Notes: generated by a model from the letters alone, not told the origin. 63,983 bases of DNA, filler included, from Hausera hauseri (GCA_046269625.1; 13 parts of 13 records of this genome joined end to end with filler, not necessarily neighbours in it); one strand, 5' to 3'. Shown: positions 1 through 13,110, counted from the first letter of the whole stretch. A program made the numbers and translations.

Positions 1-215
1 ACGAGCTTAATGGAGAAGAAGCACATTCAGGAATAAATAGGCATAAGATGTACTCTGTCGTTAAGGCACCATTGCCCACGTTACCTCCTACCGCACCATT
101 TTATGAAGATTGTGACAAATGATCCATGAGCTCATGCCAGACGTAAATCTATAAAAGAACAATTAATGTAGAAGATTCTTATGAGGGAACAAAACGTTAC
201 GGAATTCTACGGAAA

Positions 216-1650
216 ATGTGCTATCGACAATCCGCAGATGATCCCAAGATGTTGTATTCACCAAGAGAACCTAAAAATATCGAAACTAGATCGACAGTTT
301 GGGACAACCCAAGATTAAAAACCTTTCAACATACTGAATTACATACAAACAATCGAGAGCCGCTAATCAGTACTCATGAAATGGAAGAACTGCATGTAGA
401 AAACAATGAATTATATCCAAACGAAGAATTAAGACAATTATCGGAAAACATAGTATCCGCCCCAGAAGTACAGATAAACGGACACAAAATATCAGAGACT
501 AGACGTTCGAAAGTAGAATAAAACTGTTTTGGAACAGTGATTGAAGGAAGACCTTTCGTTAAAATCATTATTGAGGATTTGGAAGTTTATGCGTTAATCG
601 ATACGGGTTCCGAGATGTCTTACATCAAAAATGATTCAATACCTCAGACGCTAAGAGGACAGTTATACCCGCCGTCTACGAAAGATCCAGGTAGTACAGG
701 AGCTTTCGGCCAAATGTCAAAACCAATGTTTAAATTGAACCAAGAAGTTTAATTAGTTGGACAAACATGTCGACATGAATTTAGAATCATGGAACAATTA
801 ACTGACGACGTCGTTCTATGGTGCGATTTATTGAAAAGGCTACCAAATATAGCAATTGACTTACAAACAGAAAAATTAATAGAAATCAGACCCAATAAAG
901 GCGTGAAAAACGCTAAGGATAGAAAATTTGGAGACGTATGGATACCAGTAGAGGAGAATATCCCACCAAAAACGGAGATAATAATTTACGTACAAATTCA
1001 GCAAGATGACGATCAGCCAGTATACTTTGAACCAAAGGAAACGTTAAATCCAAATATAACACTTAGTAACATACTTACGAGAGTGCACTCCGGACGTGTA
1101 CCGATCCGAATAGCGAACAATGCACCAACTCCTATCAAACTTCATGCTTACACTACTCTAGGAGATACGTATAGAGTATCGTCAATAACTATTGAAGAAA
1201 AGCCTTATAAGTATGCCGAATTTCCGCCTCATGTTGAAACTAAATTCTCCCCAGAATTTTATGGTCAATTTTACGAATTATTGTGCCGATATAAATCGAT
1301 TATTGCTAAGGATGAAGAGGATATCGGTAAAGCAAAAGCGTTAAAATTAACTATTCCGCTCAAGAAGAATCCGGGTTCAAATGAAGAAATAGATCTGGAG
1401 GATCCGAAGATGCCAAAATGGTATCCTCCACCACATTCGATAAGACCCGAGATAACAAATGAAGTCGAACGGATGCTTAAAGCTGACATAATCAGGCCTA
1501 GTTATAGATACTGGTACTCGCCTATCCTTATGGTTAAAAAGAAAGGCACTACGAAGCACTGATTTTGTATCGATTACAGAGCTCTAAATAATCTTATGAT
1601 GAAAGATTATTTTCCACTACCATCAGTGAAAGAGGCCACATCACAATTTC
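216..1650 (+). pseudogene. pol: gag tail / aspartic protease / start of RT (in-frame stops, truncated at about 1650)
   Basis: ORFs 216-521, 537-752 and 789-1562 are in one frame; DTG motif; RT motif continues past TGA 1560 to about 1650. Confidence 0.85.
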
Positions 1651-2783
1651 GGAAGATTTCAAATCGGCCTATATGATGTAACGACAAAGGAAGTGAAAAA
1701 TTGTAATTTTGAGCCTGGAGAAAATATGCAGTGCTGCGACATAGAGTTTGGACACACGTATAACCTCACATATCGTCTATACTTACCATATTCATCCGAA
1801 GTTTATATTGAAACAAAGCCACATTCTTAATTAGTCATCCCTGCATGGAACAGACATCAAGGAGTAAAACTGAATGAAATATTACGATCCACTGACCCAG
1901 AGATAAGAATACTAGACGAAAATATTCAGAGAATCTCCGTGAATAAGAATAAACGATGCATTCAAGTAGATGCTAGAACAGGATTATCGTTCAGTCAGGA
2001 AATTAGTATCACGTTTGAAGCAACAGTTGGACCGACTCCAAAGATAGAATATTGTTCTATTTGAGCAGGCGTGCAAAAACCATGCTGTAAAATACCCGTA
2101 AACCGAGAATTAAAAATAAGATTTGACTTATATGAAGTACGGCCGAATAAACCGTGTATACAGTTGAGAACCTACTATCCAGAAAATAGAATTTGGGAAA
2201 TTCCAGTAACGACGACCACCAGAAGACCAGCTATCCAAATTAGTACCATTACGTCAATCACTACATCAGCCAGTGTGCCTAAAAGAGAATTATGAAGTAT
2301 CCTATTAAATATTTGGCATATCAGTCTAAGATCGTGTTCCCCGTGGAAGAAAAACAAAATTACGATATATACATAAATTTCCGGACAACGTATAACGAGC
2401 AAGTGGTGACGCTATTTAAAGGTACTTACCAAACAGAGTGCAATCTGTTAAAACCACAAACAACGTATATAGTACAAGTGTGTGCCGAAAACAAACAAAA
2501 TCAGACTGTTACATTGCAAACTTTAGACGAAATTCGTGAAGAATCCTATGTATACGAAGATGTAGATGAGCAGATCACAACTCCGATCACTACACACGCC
2601 CCAATGGGATTAACTACACTATCAATTATATCCATCTCCATACTGTCAACATTTGTTCTCATTATACTAATTGCGATTTTTCGGTTAGTTACCAAAAACT
2701 GCTATTCTAAGAGTTCTAAAAACTCAGAATAGGAATTAATGGAACTGGAAACCTCTGTTGATCCGTATGATAAAATAACCTGA
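1651..2783 (+). pseudogene. Env-position type-I membrane protein: two C-x9-CC modules, FN3-like domain, Thr-rich stalk, TM helix
   Basis: CNFEPGENMQCC and CSI*AGVQKPCC; LKPQTTYIVQVCAEN (FN3 signature); TM LSIISISILSTFVLIILIAIF. Confidence 0.7.
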
Positions 2784-2885
2784 CAACTACAGAGCGGGTT
2801 ATTCTGTCATCTAACAAAGAATTGGTTTAATTTTAAAACCATCCTTTGTCGTAAGATTAACCCTTACTGTTTATTTTTCAGACTG

Positions 2886-4122
2886 ATGAGTAAAGAAAGA
2901 AACATAAAACCGGATAAAGGACGACCTAGGATCGACGGATCACAATCTACCAAAGGGCGAGAACAATGTAACATTAATGAACCATCAAAACGCCGATTTA
3001 GTATCGACAAATTCTTGCAGAATTATGCTACTATCTTCCGCCCAAATTCTAAATCGATATATAGAGAAATACATAATGTGCTACATGAGAAAACCTCCGT
3101 GAAGTATGATCGAACCTGTCAAATTCCTAACAACTTAAAGGGTATAACGGAAGAAAATAGGATTGTTTACCTTTACTCCATGAGAGAAGACAAAGATGTT
3201 CGAGGATACTCACTTAAACAGATGATCACTTACGGGGATAGACAAACTATTTATATTCACCTGGCAGACGGTGAGATATATTATCGATTTAAAGACCAAG
3301 AATGGAACATAAACGATGGAAGACAATGTAAATTCAGTACACTTAGCTTCCGTAGTCAAGATTTGCAACATTATGAGTTAGAATTCAGAGTAGCCGCGCT
3401 TCCCGTAAAAATAATGTTTGAGGTAACGCACGATGGTTACCCATATATCAAATGACTACCCTTGAAGTTCTACAAACAACCGTCAGAAAAGGATTTGGAC
3501 ACATTCCTACAATCGTATAGACTAGTGAAGGATTACAGAAATACCAGAATCATAGCAATTAACTGTGGAGAAGCAGAAAACGCACAGAAAATCCCGATGG
3601 AAGTGTTAGTTCGAGAAACGAACGGAACAGAAGTATATTATACAGTCATCAGCCCAAGAAAACGAGTTCGTGAGACTTATTATGATACGACAGGAATTCG
3701 TAAGGAAACACTCTCGAAAGGCAAAGACATCAAGCTTGTTCAATCCGAATTAGAACATTGTTTATATGGATATATCATAACAGGATATCGTATCAATGAT
3801 ATTGTTGAATTATTAAAAATACCCATGTCAAGCATCGTAGGAATACGGGAGATAGAATCACACCCAGTAGTTGCTGAACAAAGTAAACGAATATTACGAA
3901 AAAGAAACTATCCCGCACCAAAAGTTATGGACGCCTATTTCAAATTAATGGTCGATGCCATGAACAGCGAACATGCTAAGATTAGCAAACTGTTAACTGC
4001 AAGTCAACGTACTCGCTACTTACGCGACATATATGTAGCTTTAAAATGGGACCATGAGTGGACACCTAATAATCCAGAACAAAACTTAAGAAGTACAACC
4101 AAACCGGAAAATATAAATAAAA
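2886..4122 (+). pseudogene. Accessory protein with C-terminal degenerate DEDDh (REX4/ISG20-like) exonuclease fold; one in-frame stop at 3453
   Basis: IIAINCG..NGTEVYYTVISPRKRV..TGI....L..VQSEL...LYGYIITGY..IREI parallels REX4/ISG20; shares QIPNNLKG, ISPR and LKW with ORF 48677-49990. Confidence 0.7.
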
Positions 4123-4222
4123 NNNNNNNNNNNNNNNNNNNNNNNNNNNNNNNNNNNNNNNNNNNNTTAATTAATTAANNNNNNNNNNNNNNNNNNNNNN
4201 NNNNNNNNNNNNNNNNNNNNNN
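4123..4222. other. Artificial contig spacer N44-TTAATTAATTAA-N44. Same spacer at 10208-10307, 14807-14906, 20657-20756, 25685-25784, 32082-32181, 36929-37028, 41871-41970, 46429-46528, 51284-51383, 55805-55904, 59936-60035
   Basis: Identical 100-bp block with stops in all six frames occurs 12 times; contig adjacency cannot be assumed. Confidence 0.98.
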
Positions 4223-5065
4223 TAAAAAGCTGGGTTTATTCCTATAAGATTATAAAAAGCTGGGTTTATTCCTATAAGATTATAAATAGCTGGTAAACAT
4301 TTAAATAGAATTGATAACAAAAACAGTTTAACAATGACAGCTATAAATCTAACTAAAAATGTCCATGTTAACAGGAAGACGTTGAAGAGATTTGTATTCA
4401 GCTTAGGTTTGAAACAATTAGAGCTTTAAAATAAAAAGTCTGAAAGGGTTACACAATTGTTCCCTGACAGAACATTTTAAATGTTGTAAAATTACTGAAC
4501 AAATTTGAGTTTAAAAGAATAACAGCAAAGTTAAATATAAACTAAAGCATTCAGTAAATACATATACATCAATAAAACGTGTTAGCTTCATTTCTTTATT
4601 ATAAACTATCCCTTCAGTTTTAGCTTTGTTTGTTTACCAGCAGCAACACTTAGCTTCAGGCTAGTCCGTTAGCATGAGCCATGCTAACAGAAGTGGTGCT
4701 AAAGAGGCTAGCTTAGCTGCAGCTAAATGATTGAGCTTCAGTAATTTGATGTTTTCTTCTTCTGCAGCTCTGAGGCGGCGCTGCTTCACTACTGTTCTGT
4801 ACGCCACCATGACAGAAGAAGAAGAAAAACTTTGATGCTGAAACTCCTGGAGACACAAAATGTTGTTGATGTAAAACTGGATCCACTGAAGCAGGAAGAA
4901 AACATCAGTTATATTATTCACATAGTTTCTGTAATAAACTGTAAACATCCATATTCATCTGTAAACATCTGTAAGGACCTACATTAATCTGTAAACATCT
5001 GTATTAATCTGTAGTAATCTGTAAACTGCAGCAATTGGTTCAAAACATCACAGCTTTCCGATCTT

Positions 5066-8000
5066 TTACAGAACTGGGAGTAGTGATCCATACTGCATAG
5101 TCAGAATCGACAACGAGGCCATTATAAGGTAACAGTAAAGCTGCTTTCCTGTTTGTCCTAACAGCTCATTATGGATTATATTCAGGGTTTTTGACTGGTC
5201 AGCAATGTGAGGTAGTGCTTTTCCATATTTAATGACTTCTTTGTCTACTTCCTTTTCCTTTTTCCATACAAATGATAGAATGCGTCGTATCACTGCAAAG
5301 ATGCTGCTTTTTGTTTATTTTCTATTAAAGTTTTATAGTTTTGGCTGTACCGGTAAATGTTTCTTTACTCCCATCTTATAATACCATAAACCCAAAAGAA
5401 TGTTTGAATGAAATAATAGAGTTAATTGACTATGTATTTTTTCAAGTGCTTCGTAATATAGTTTAAGGCTCTTTTTATATACCCTTTCTTCCGTATCAAG
5501 CAGTGAATCTTGCCAGGATTTATCATTCCGAGATTTAAAAGAAATGTAATGAAAACTACTTAATATGGATAAAAGGTTTTTATAATTTAACGCTTTGTAG
5601 TCCCATGTGTATCCCTGTTGTATTTTATTTAAATATCGTTTATGCAATGTGGTATAATGCTTTTGTAAGTTATCTTGAGCATCTTTGTATAATTCGAACA
5701 TTCCGGTAAGTAACAATAACCACTTCAATTCATCATTATTTAATTATTGGGATGTTTCTTCGCCTGTAAAAGGTACTACTGTCGGTAGTTATTGGTGTAT
5801 TACTGTTTCGTTAACCCATTGTCAAGTTGTACCAATTAGTACACGCAGTTCATTAATCGTATTCCGGATGTTTCGATTTTGATACTTTAACTTCATTATA
5901 TTGTCGATGGGACAATCCAACGGTCGGAAAACAAATCGATTTGCCAGTATTTCTAATTCTTCACTATTCGTAAGGAGGTTACTGTGGTTCAATCTCAAAT
6001 TATTTATTGCTCTGAAACAATAAATTGTTACACTCGCCGTCGTGTAATTACAACTTAATAAGAAATCTACGTAATTTTCACTAGTTGTTAATATTATTTA
6101 ATTGCGGTGTTCGTTCCGGGTATTTCACATTAAAATCTTAAATCAATTCCATTGTATCTATAATATTTTGCTCCGCGGTTGGTATTCGTTTCTAGTGCCT
6201 TCGCCTTTGATTATTTATTAATACTTTCTTATAATAGTTCAGGTAAATATCTCCACTCTTAGGTGTTAGTACAATTTTCGCGCATTACTAATGTTAAATT
6301 ATGCAATTCTTGATGTATTGCAGTAAAGACGTTTTCAATATAGTGATTATATTCTTCAAAATAAGTTGTGTTAAAAATGCTAGTTCCTTCTTACCTAACT
6401 CGTTGTAAAACTCAAATAGATTGTAATGGTCATTGACTATTTTAGTTTCCAATTTGACTTCCTTTATTCGCTTATACGAATTTTCTTTGTTTTGTAGTCG
6501 TCCACTGTAGAATCGTTATCTTAATTGCAAATTAGTCATCATGAATAGTAAAAATATCTACAGTAGCAATGTAATCCACGAGGAATTAGTCTGTTTTCTT
6601 GTCATTTCTTCTGCATCTACTACCGTAATTAAAGATAGTAAACATTTCCATAAGGGATGATAATCCCGATGAAGGTGAAGAATAAGCCTTTATTCATGAT
6701 GATGTTCGCTTTTGCTCCTTTCTTGGAGATTTTGAATACGCTGTGCTCTAGTTTCATTTGCTATTTCATCTAAGTATTTAATACCTTTACCAGCAAATTG
6801 CAGTTGGCAATTTTCATCCATTGTTCCGAAGGAACATTTCTATCTAGAAGTTGTTCAAATCGTCTATTCCAAGCTTCTTTTCTCGTTTTGCGCCATAGAT
6901 AAGTTCTCCCGCCTATCTTTAAGTTATGATGTTTATAAATTTTTATTGCTCTAGTTGCTGCTATATAGTCGTAGTAATGGGATTTTCCGGATTTTCCTAA
7001 ATCGGGGATTGTGTAGTATACTGCTTCACAACTTATTTTGATCAACAATTTATCCAACGGTGTTATGAAATTGAAATCTAATCTCATCTTCACAAATTAT
7101 TTTTGTGACATTCTTGTATTGATCATCTGTTATTCCATATTTTTCATGGTATTGGGTAAGGAAGTTTCTTAAATCAGTAATATTGTTAATAGGTTCTTTA
7201 ATTAATTGTTGTGCGTGATTAATAGTTATTAGAAAGTTTTCTCATCGGTATTTATTTACACTTTCTTCAGTTAAAGTTCAAGGTAGTAAATTTTTCCTTT
7301 GTGTTGTTGTAATTTGGTGTAACTTAGTTCGGCAATCTCGAATTTCGTTATTGGTAAAGATTGTCTGGTTTCTATCGATTGGTTATTCTTGGTTTCCTCC
7401 TCTGGCCTTATGGGGTTGGTATTTCTTAATTTGTCTTTTAGAATCATACTAGTTTCTTCTGTTTCTTGAAACTCTTTACTTATTGCCGTATAACTTTCAG
7501 GAGCTCGAAAATCAGCTATACACTGAGGCTATCAACGAAGGTCTTGATAAATCTTGAGTAAAATCTCGTAATATTTTCTTTGGCGATGGTGTTGTGCTTG
7601 ATACTGAAGAAGTATACGAATCTGTTATTGAAGGCAAATGTAATTGTATTCGCCTACTGTTAGATGAAAAGGGGGTATCTTTCGTTTTCTCCTTCTTTGT
7701 GATTTTTCCTTGAAACATAGTATATCAACAATATTAACATTATTGTACCATCCCAAGAGCTAAATATAGAATTTGGTATCGTTGATTGGACATATGCACA
7801 GCCGAATATCATAAGTAATAACAGGGTTAATAATATTATTATTGTAGAAAAGCTAAATGGCATTTTAAAAATTGCGTTGGTATTATTAGTTTCCATTACT
7901 CGAGTTTTCTTCAGGATAAAATCAGTGTCTTGTTCGGTTATTTGTTTTAATTCACTGAAATTTTTGGTAGGTGGCACAGTATCTTCTGATGCAAACCACC

Positions 8001-10207
8001 ATTGATCGTTTGGTTGTGGTTTCGTCTGTTGGTATCTTTCGCAATTAAATTTTATGGATCTTCCGTTAGCTTCGAGTCTTGCCACGGTTAATTTGTAGAA
8101 TACATCTAAACGAATAATAAGATCAGTATACGATTCATGTGAATTTGGAAAACAAGTAACAGACGCAAATTTAAGTGAGTTAATGGAATTGTTGGGTCTA
8201 ATTCCGCATTAACGTATTTATCGTAGACTTTAACTAGTGTTGGCATTAAAAGAGGATAATCGTTATAATTTTGGCGATGGTCCATTTTGTACAGTTGTTT
8301 TAATCTTTTTATTTCGTCGTCTAATTTCTTTATATTTTTTGATATTTTTCCAAATCTATGGTTCTTTCTAGGGAATTTCTCGTTACATCTATTTCTATAT
8401 CATAATCTATCGATGTATCTCGATCTATTATACAATGAATTGTAACGTTTTCTAATAAATGATGAAGAATTTTTGTACGTTTATCCTTTAATCTTGTTAA
8501 CGCTATAACTACTCCTATTACCTTCAATTGATTTCCTATTATAAACTTATGATTTATTTCGGTACTTTCAATCTATTTTAGTTTTAAGGTTTCAATTGTA
8601 GTTTTATCTAAATAATTTTGTGATGCTCTTGTAACCAATATGGCTTCTATCTGAGTTTTATTAATTGTTATGCTTGTAGTTACTGAATTATTCGATCCGT
8701 CTTCAATGAACGCCATTATCGTATCGTCATCATCTAATCACATTTGACTTCTCAGATGGTACTTGCATGGTGTTAATTGTTCCAATTTTCGTTTTTAGCT
8801 ACTGGTCCACAATGTTGTACACTCATCCAATGTTGTACACTCAGTTTCATGAGGGTTGGCTAAGTTTTGTAATTCAAGAACGGATTGCGTTACTTGAAGT
8901 ACTTTGTATGGTAACTTTAATTTTGGGCTTTCACCTGGTTTACTGGTTTCATCCAGAATATTAACTGTCGCCAAATCTATATACATGAAGTTTAGTCTTT
9001 TTATCGTATTTACTTTTTAGTTTTTTGATGGTAATAATCCCGCTCTTATCTATGCTTCTTGTAATCTTTCCTGTAAGATTGTTGTATAATTAGGTTCCCC
9101 ATCAGTTGCGACTGTGGTTGTTGGTATTCGAGATCAATTGCCATAATATACCGTCTATCATATAATAAGAAGAATGGTGATTCTCCAGTTGTTGTGTGTG
9201 GACTTTGTCGATAGGCATATGCACATGGTTTTATATATGTGTCGAAATCAGCTGGGTAATTGTATGCATAATTAAAAACCATGATTGAAATTTGTTTGTC
9301 AAACGCTTCTGCTACTCCGTTAGCTTGAGGATGATAAGGCGACGTGAATTTATGGTTAATTCGCAAAATTGCCAACACTTTTCCATAAGATCGCTACAAA
9401 AATTACTTTTTCTATCAGATATCATAGTCATTGGTACTTCATATTCGAAAATTACGTCCTCTACTAATATTCTAGCCATGACTTCTGTAGTTTGATTTAT
9501 CATTGGTATCGTTATTGGAAATTTTAAGTGGTAATCTATTGCTATCAATACTCATGTGTTTCCTCTGTCTGTCGTTGGTAATGGTCAAACTACGTCAACG
9601 CCTATACAAACAAATGGTGATGCTAAGACTGGTACTGGTTTTAATGGTGTTCTTCTTGCTTGAAAATTACCTGTTCTTTTTGAACAAACTTGGCTATTTG
9701 TATACCAATCTTTTACATCATCTGCTATCTTTGGCCAGTAATATTTTTATTTAAGTCTGCCTTGTGTAGCTTTATAGCCTCGATGTCCACCGAGTTGTCT
9801 GTCATGGCAGTGTAATAAAAGTTTTGCGCGCACGTGCTTCGATACAACCATGAGTAAATCTTCACTCTCCTTATAGTAGATATTTCTCTTATCCATTTTA
9901 TATTTTTTTGCTCAATTCTTTGTTTAGACTATTACCAATTTTACGAATATCTTCATCCTTTTCTTGTTCTTTGGCTATTGCTTCGTGTGTAATTGGTATG
10001 GTTAAGAATATGTGCATCTCTTTGTTAACTTCTGCATTACCTACTTCGTCTATCATGGTATGAATTAAGTCAATCATTTTGTAATACTCGTATAAGATGT
10101 CTTCCACTAAGGGATCCTTGTAGTCACTTTGTTTTGTATTTCGTTGATTATCTTTGATGAGTATTTCAATAATCATACTTATGAGTTGGTCTGTATCTTT
10201 TGTTCAT
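5066..10207 (-). mobile_element. Degenerate Ty3/Gypsy element: integrase plus about 3.5 kb of unidentified downstream ORFs
   Basis: IAIDY, MISDRKSNF, TSPYHPQANGVAE, TGESPFFLLY; downstream broken ORFs including a two-TM segment (7660-8085). Confidence 0.8.
8795..9900 (-). pseudogene. Gypsy DDE integrase
   Basis: GHRGYKAT zinc-finger region, catalytic core motifs and LPYKV tail, broken by frameshifts. Confidence 0.85.
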
Positions 10208-10364
10208 NNNNNNNNNNNNNNNNNNNNNNNNNNNNNNNNNNNNNNNNNNNNTTAATTAATTAANNNNNNNNNNNNNNNNNNNNNNNNNNNNNNNNNNNNN
10301 NNNNNNNTCTTGAAATACTATGTCGTGGGCAGTGGCTAATGTGAAACCACTGTGGAAAAGAAGA

Positions 10365-11000
10365 AAAGAAATTTATATTCTGAGGAGTATGGAAAAGAAA
10401 AAGTGTTCTGCTGAAACGATTTAGAATTCCAGGGTGTCAGAAGTTATACCGAAATAATAGCAAAATGTAACACCAACAAACGCCTGTATTTTAGAATTTT
10501 CAGGTGGTAGGACCGAACGGAATCATAGGAAACAAAAAGAGATAATACCTCCAGAACGGGCCGGTAACAAATTCAATAAAATTAAGGCAGCCAATAGAAA
10601 CTACAATAATAGAACTTTTGCCAGCATCAATTTCATTCATACCGGCGTAAATAAGGATGTGATTTGTACGGGAAATTGTCAACATTGCCGTATAAATATG
10701 ATGGAAACGACCGAATTAAACAACCTTGCCCAAAAACGTTCTACATAACATCGGTGTAACAGTGTAAGTCGTGTCATTTGAAATCTTGTATACAATCAAC
10801 AAAGACAACGACACCATTGTCGGAAATAGCAATTTATGTCGCCATTTTAAATCAGGTACATCATTTACAAATCCTAAAGGAGTCATACAACCTATTGACA
10901 ACAAACCTCCGAAATATTGAATAACATCGGTTTGCGCTGGACTCATTGTCGTTAAATTATAACTCAAAGTGAGTATGATACTTATCAGGGCCCGATAAAA
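10365..11000 (-). pseudogene. DPAGT1: DPAGT1/ALG7 (dolichyl-phosphate GlcNAc-1-phosphotransferase) fragment, apparently intronless
   Basis: GGLLSIGCMTPLGFVNDVPDLKWRHKLLFP, TNHILIYAGMNEIDAGKS, MIPFGPTT and GILNRFSRTLFLF match DPAGT1 LGFADDVLNLRWRHKLLLP, TNAINILAGINGLEAGQS and GILGHFSKT. Confidence 0.85.
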
Positions 11001-11079
11001 CATGAATCTCAATTCCTCCTCGATATGAATACTCAAACGTGAAAAGAAATCGGCAATCTCAGATTTACTTATATCTGGA

Positions 11080-13070
11080 AAAAGTAATCCTATAGTGGTA
11101 GACACAAAGCTTTTAGTAAGCAATGTTGTACAAACATTGGCATAAACTGTAATAAAGGAGAAAAATGATAGGAGGGTATTGTTAATAAAAAATGTTAAAA
11201 AAATATTTGTCAAGCGAATAACACAATAATAGCAGTCTCACCCCGTCGTGTTTCCTTAAAAAGGTTGCCGGTGGATATATTTGATTAATTAAAGTCTTTG
11301 AATTGGGACTTTCAGAGAACTTATTCTTCTCTATAGAATCGGTATCAGTTGTATTATCGAGGGGCAAGAGTAGAAGTTTGTTATTGATCGGAGTTTGGAG
11401 TTCAGATCGTGGGAATCGAACCCACGCCCTCAGTCTGGGACCAGATAATCTATTAGCGACAATTATCTCCCATTTATCAAAATAAAATGTATCCAATAAC
11501 CAATCGGTACTTCCGGGGTTTGTCAAGTCAAAGTTTTCATTTAATAAGATATTGGAAAAACATACTTTCGAATGCCAGTTTCTTGGATCAACATCTTTAA
11601 CGCCCCAAACAATGCTCATTTTAATCCAATTTACATCAGTTGGATTGTTACGTTTAAAAATAAAATTCCTTTTCCATTTTTCATACGTCAATAAAGGATG
11701 AGAAGTGCTTATAATGGTTTGCGTTAAAAATGCTGGATATGACAATGTGGGATAGTAGAAAACACTAATAAAATCCACGGATAACACAAGTAAAAATTTG
11801 GCAAAAAAGAAATATTTAAAGGATAATATAAAGTTTACATAGAAACTTAGTAATCGATCATAAATCTTGTTGATTGAGTGTAAATATAAGAACATTCCTT
11901 TAGTCTCAACAATTTTTTGTTTGAACTAAGTGAACAAATCCAATAAACGAGTGATATTAAAAAACATGCAGTAAGGACATAATGAACAATTATTAAAATG
12001 GTACCAAATATGGCAAAACATTTAATTGCAATTATCGATGAATTAAAGCAAGACAGTAAAGATAAAGCAGTTGAAAAACTGGTCGAGAATATGATTATAA
12101 AAGTCGAATCAATCGTCAGAAAATTTTTTGTTTGTACCGATGAATCATACTCAACATATTTCTGCCATTGTAACATGTACACAAAGGTATCATCAGTTCC
12201 CAAAGCCAACAAAATCAAAACGTTCATAAAATTAACATATGGAAATATGTCTAATTGAAAAACTCGAAAGTAAATGATATATGATAGAAAGAATGAATTG
12301 GATAATAGAAAAATTGCCGAAACGGCAAACAAAATCGATTTACCAAAAACGAGTAGCAAAATAATCAATGGTATCAAAATAAAACTTTCATTAAAAAAGT
12401 CCACCATTAGACTGTTTCTCACAGTTTCATTTTCATTCAAAACCGTTGAACCTAACAATTCCACTTTATTGGTTTGCAGAATTTTCAGTAAACGTTGAAA
12501 AACAACAGCGGATTCCGTGGGAATATCGAGGAAAATCATACTAATTCCAGGATGAGACAATTCCATTTTGAGGGAACCTTTTAGTGGAATGAAATTATAG
12601 AACAGACGCATGATCCAACAATCTGTGGTTGTGAATGAAGTTTTCTCTCGTCTATTCATTAGACGTTTTGAGTATGCTTTAACTTTTTTGTTTACGTAGT
12701 TCATGTCAAATTCATCAATTTCAGAACATTTATTTCTGCGTGCAATTCGTCTGTAGACTTCTGCTTTCGATGTTACTGTAATTTCATGCTTACTTATCAA
12801 TTTGGACATCAATCGAATTGCGTCTTCAATCCGACATAAAGTATTTATTTTGTGATGTGAAGATACTGTTTTCTTTGAATTCGTTAATTCTATGCCTTTA
12901 CTTAGAAGCAAATTGTAATGAAAATCTGAGCATATTTCCAGTTTCTTCTTTCCGAATTTCTTCTCTACTCGACCCACAGACAAATGATCGTGGCGTTTAA
13001 ATCTGCCATTCCTATTGAATTTCTGTTTTGAATCTTCTTTCAACTATTCAGGAATGGTTACTGCTTTACC
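11080..13070 (-). pseudogene. disp: Dispatched-like sterol-sensing-domain membrane protein fragment (frameshifted, interrupted)
   Basis: FPYVNFMNVLILLALGTDDTFVY (GxDD), STSFSTALS..SSIIAIKCFAIFG, HPLLTYE and IVWGVKDVD..FDLTNPGSTDWL match Dispatched. Confidence 0.8.
11396..11445 (-). tRNA. Degenerate 3' half of a tRNA-Leu (variable arm, T arm, CCA end); not a functional gene
   Basis: TCTGGTCCCAGACTGAGGGCGTGGGTTCGATTCCCACGATCTGAACTCCA resembles the tRNA-Leu(CAA) 3' half. Confidence 0.65.
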
Positions 13071-13110
13071 CATTTCGTCAAGTATGCCAAAAATGAAAGA
13101 AAGGAAGTCG

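Larger units (their letters stand above)
1..4122 (+). mobile_element. Internally deleted Ty3/Gypsy LTR retrotransposon with accessory ORFs
   Basis: Protease ALIDTGS, RT N-terminus (WYSPILMVKKK..*FCIDYRALN..DYFPLP), then an abrupt switch to membrane-protein and exonuclease-like ORFs homologous to contig 10. Confidence 0.85.

Noticed and set aside
960-1165. dUTPase-like beta region between protease and RT
   Set aside because: No dUTPase motifs; a spacer of this type is common in animal Gypsy pol.
4123-4222. Regularly recurring TTAATTAATTAA as a biological repeat or CRISPR-like array
   Set aside because: Always embedded in fixed N runs; it is a contig-joining linker, and ORFs ending in XXX..LIN are artefacts.
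10431-10444. GGTGTCAGAAGT as a second tRNA-Leu PBS on the + strand
   Set aside because: Lacks the TGG start and a preceding LTR end; it lies in the antisense of the DPAGT1 fragment.
11847-13043. Dispatched ORF as an intact functional host gene
   Set aside because: N-terminal TM missing, frameshifts, a tRNA-containing interruption and fusion to DPAGT1.
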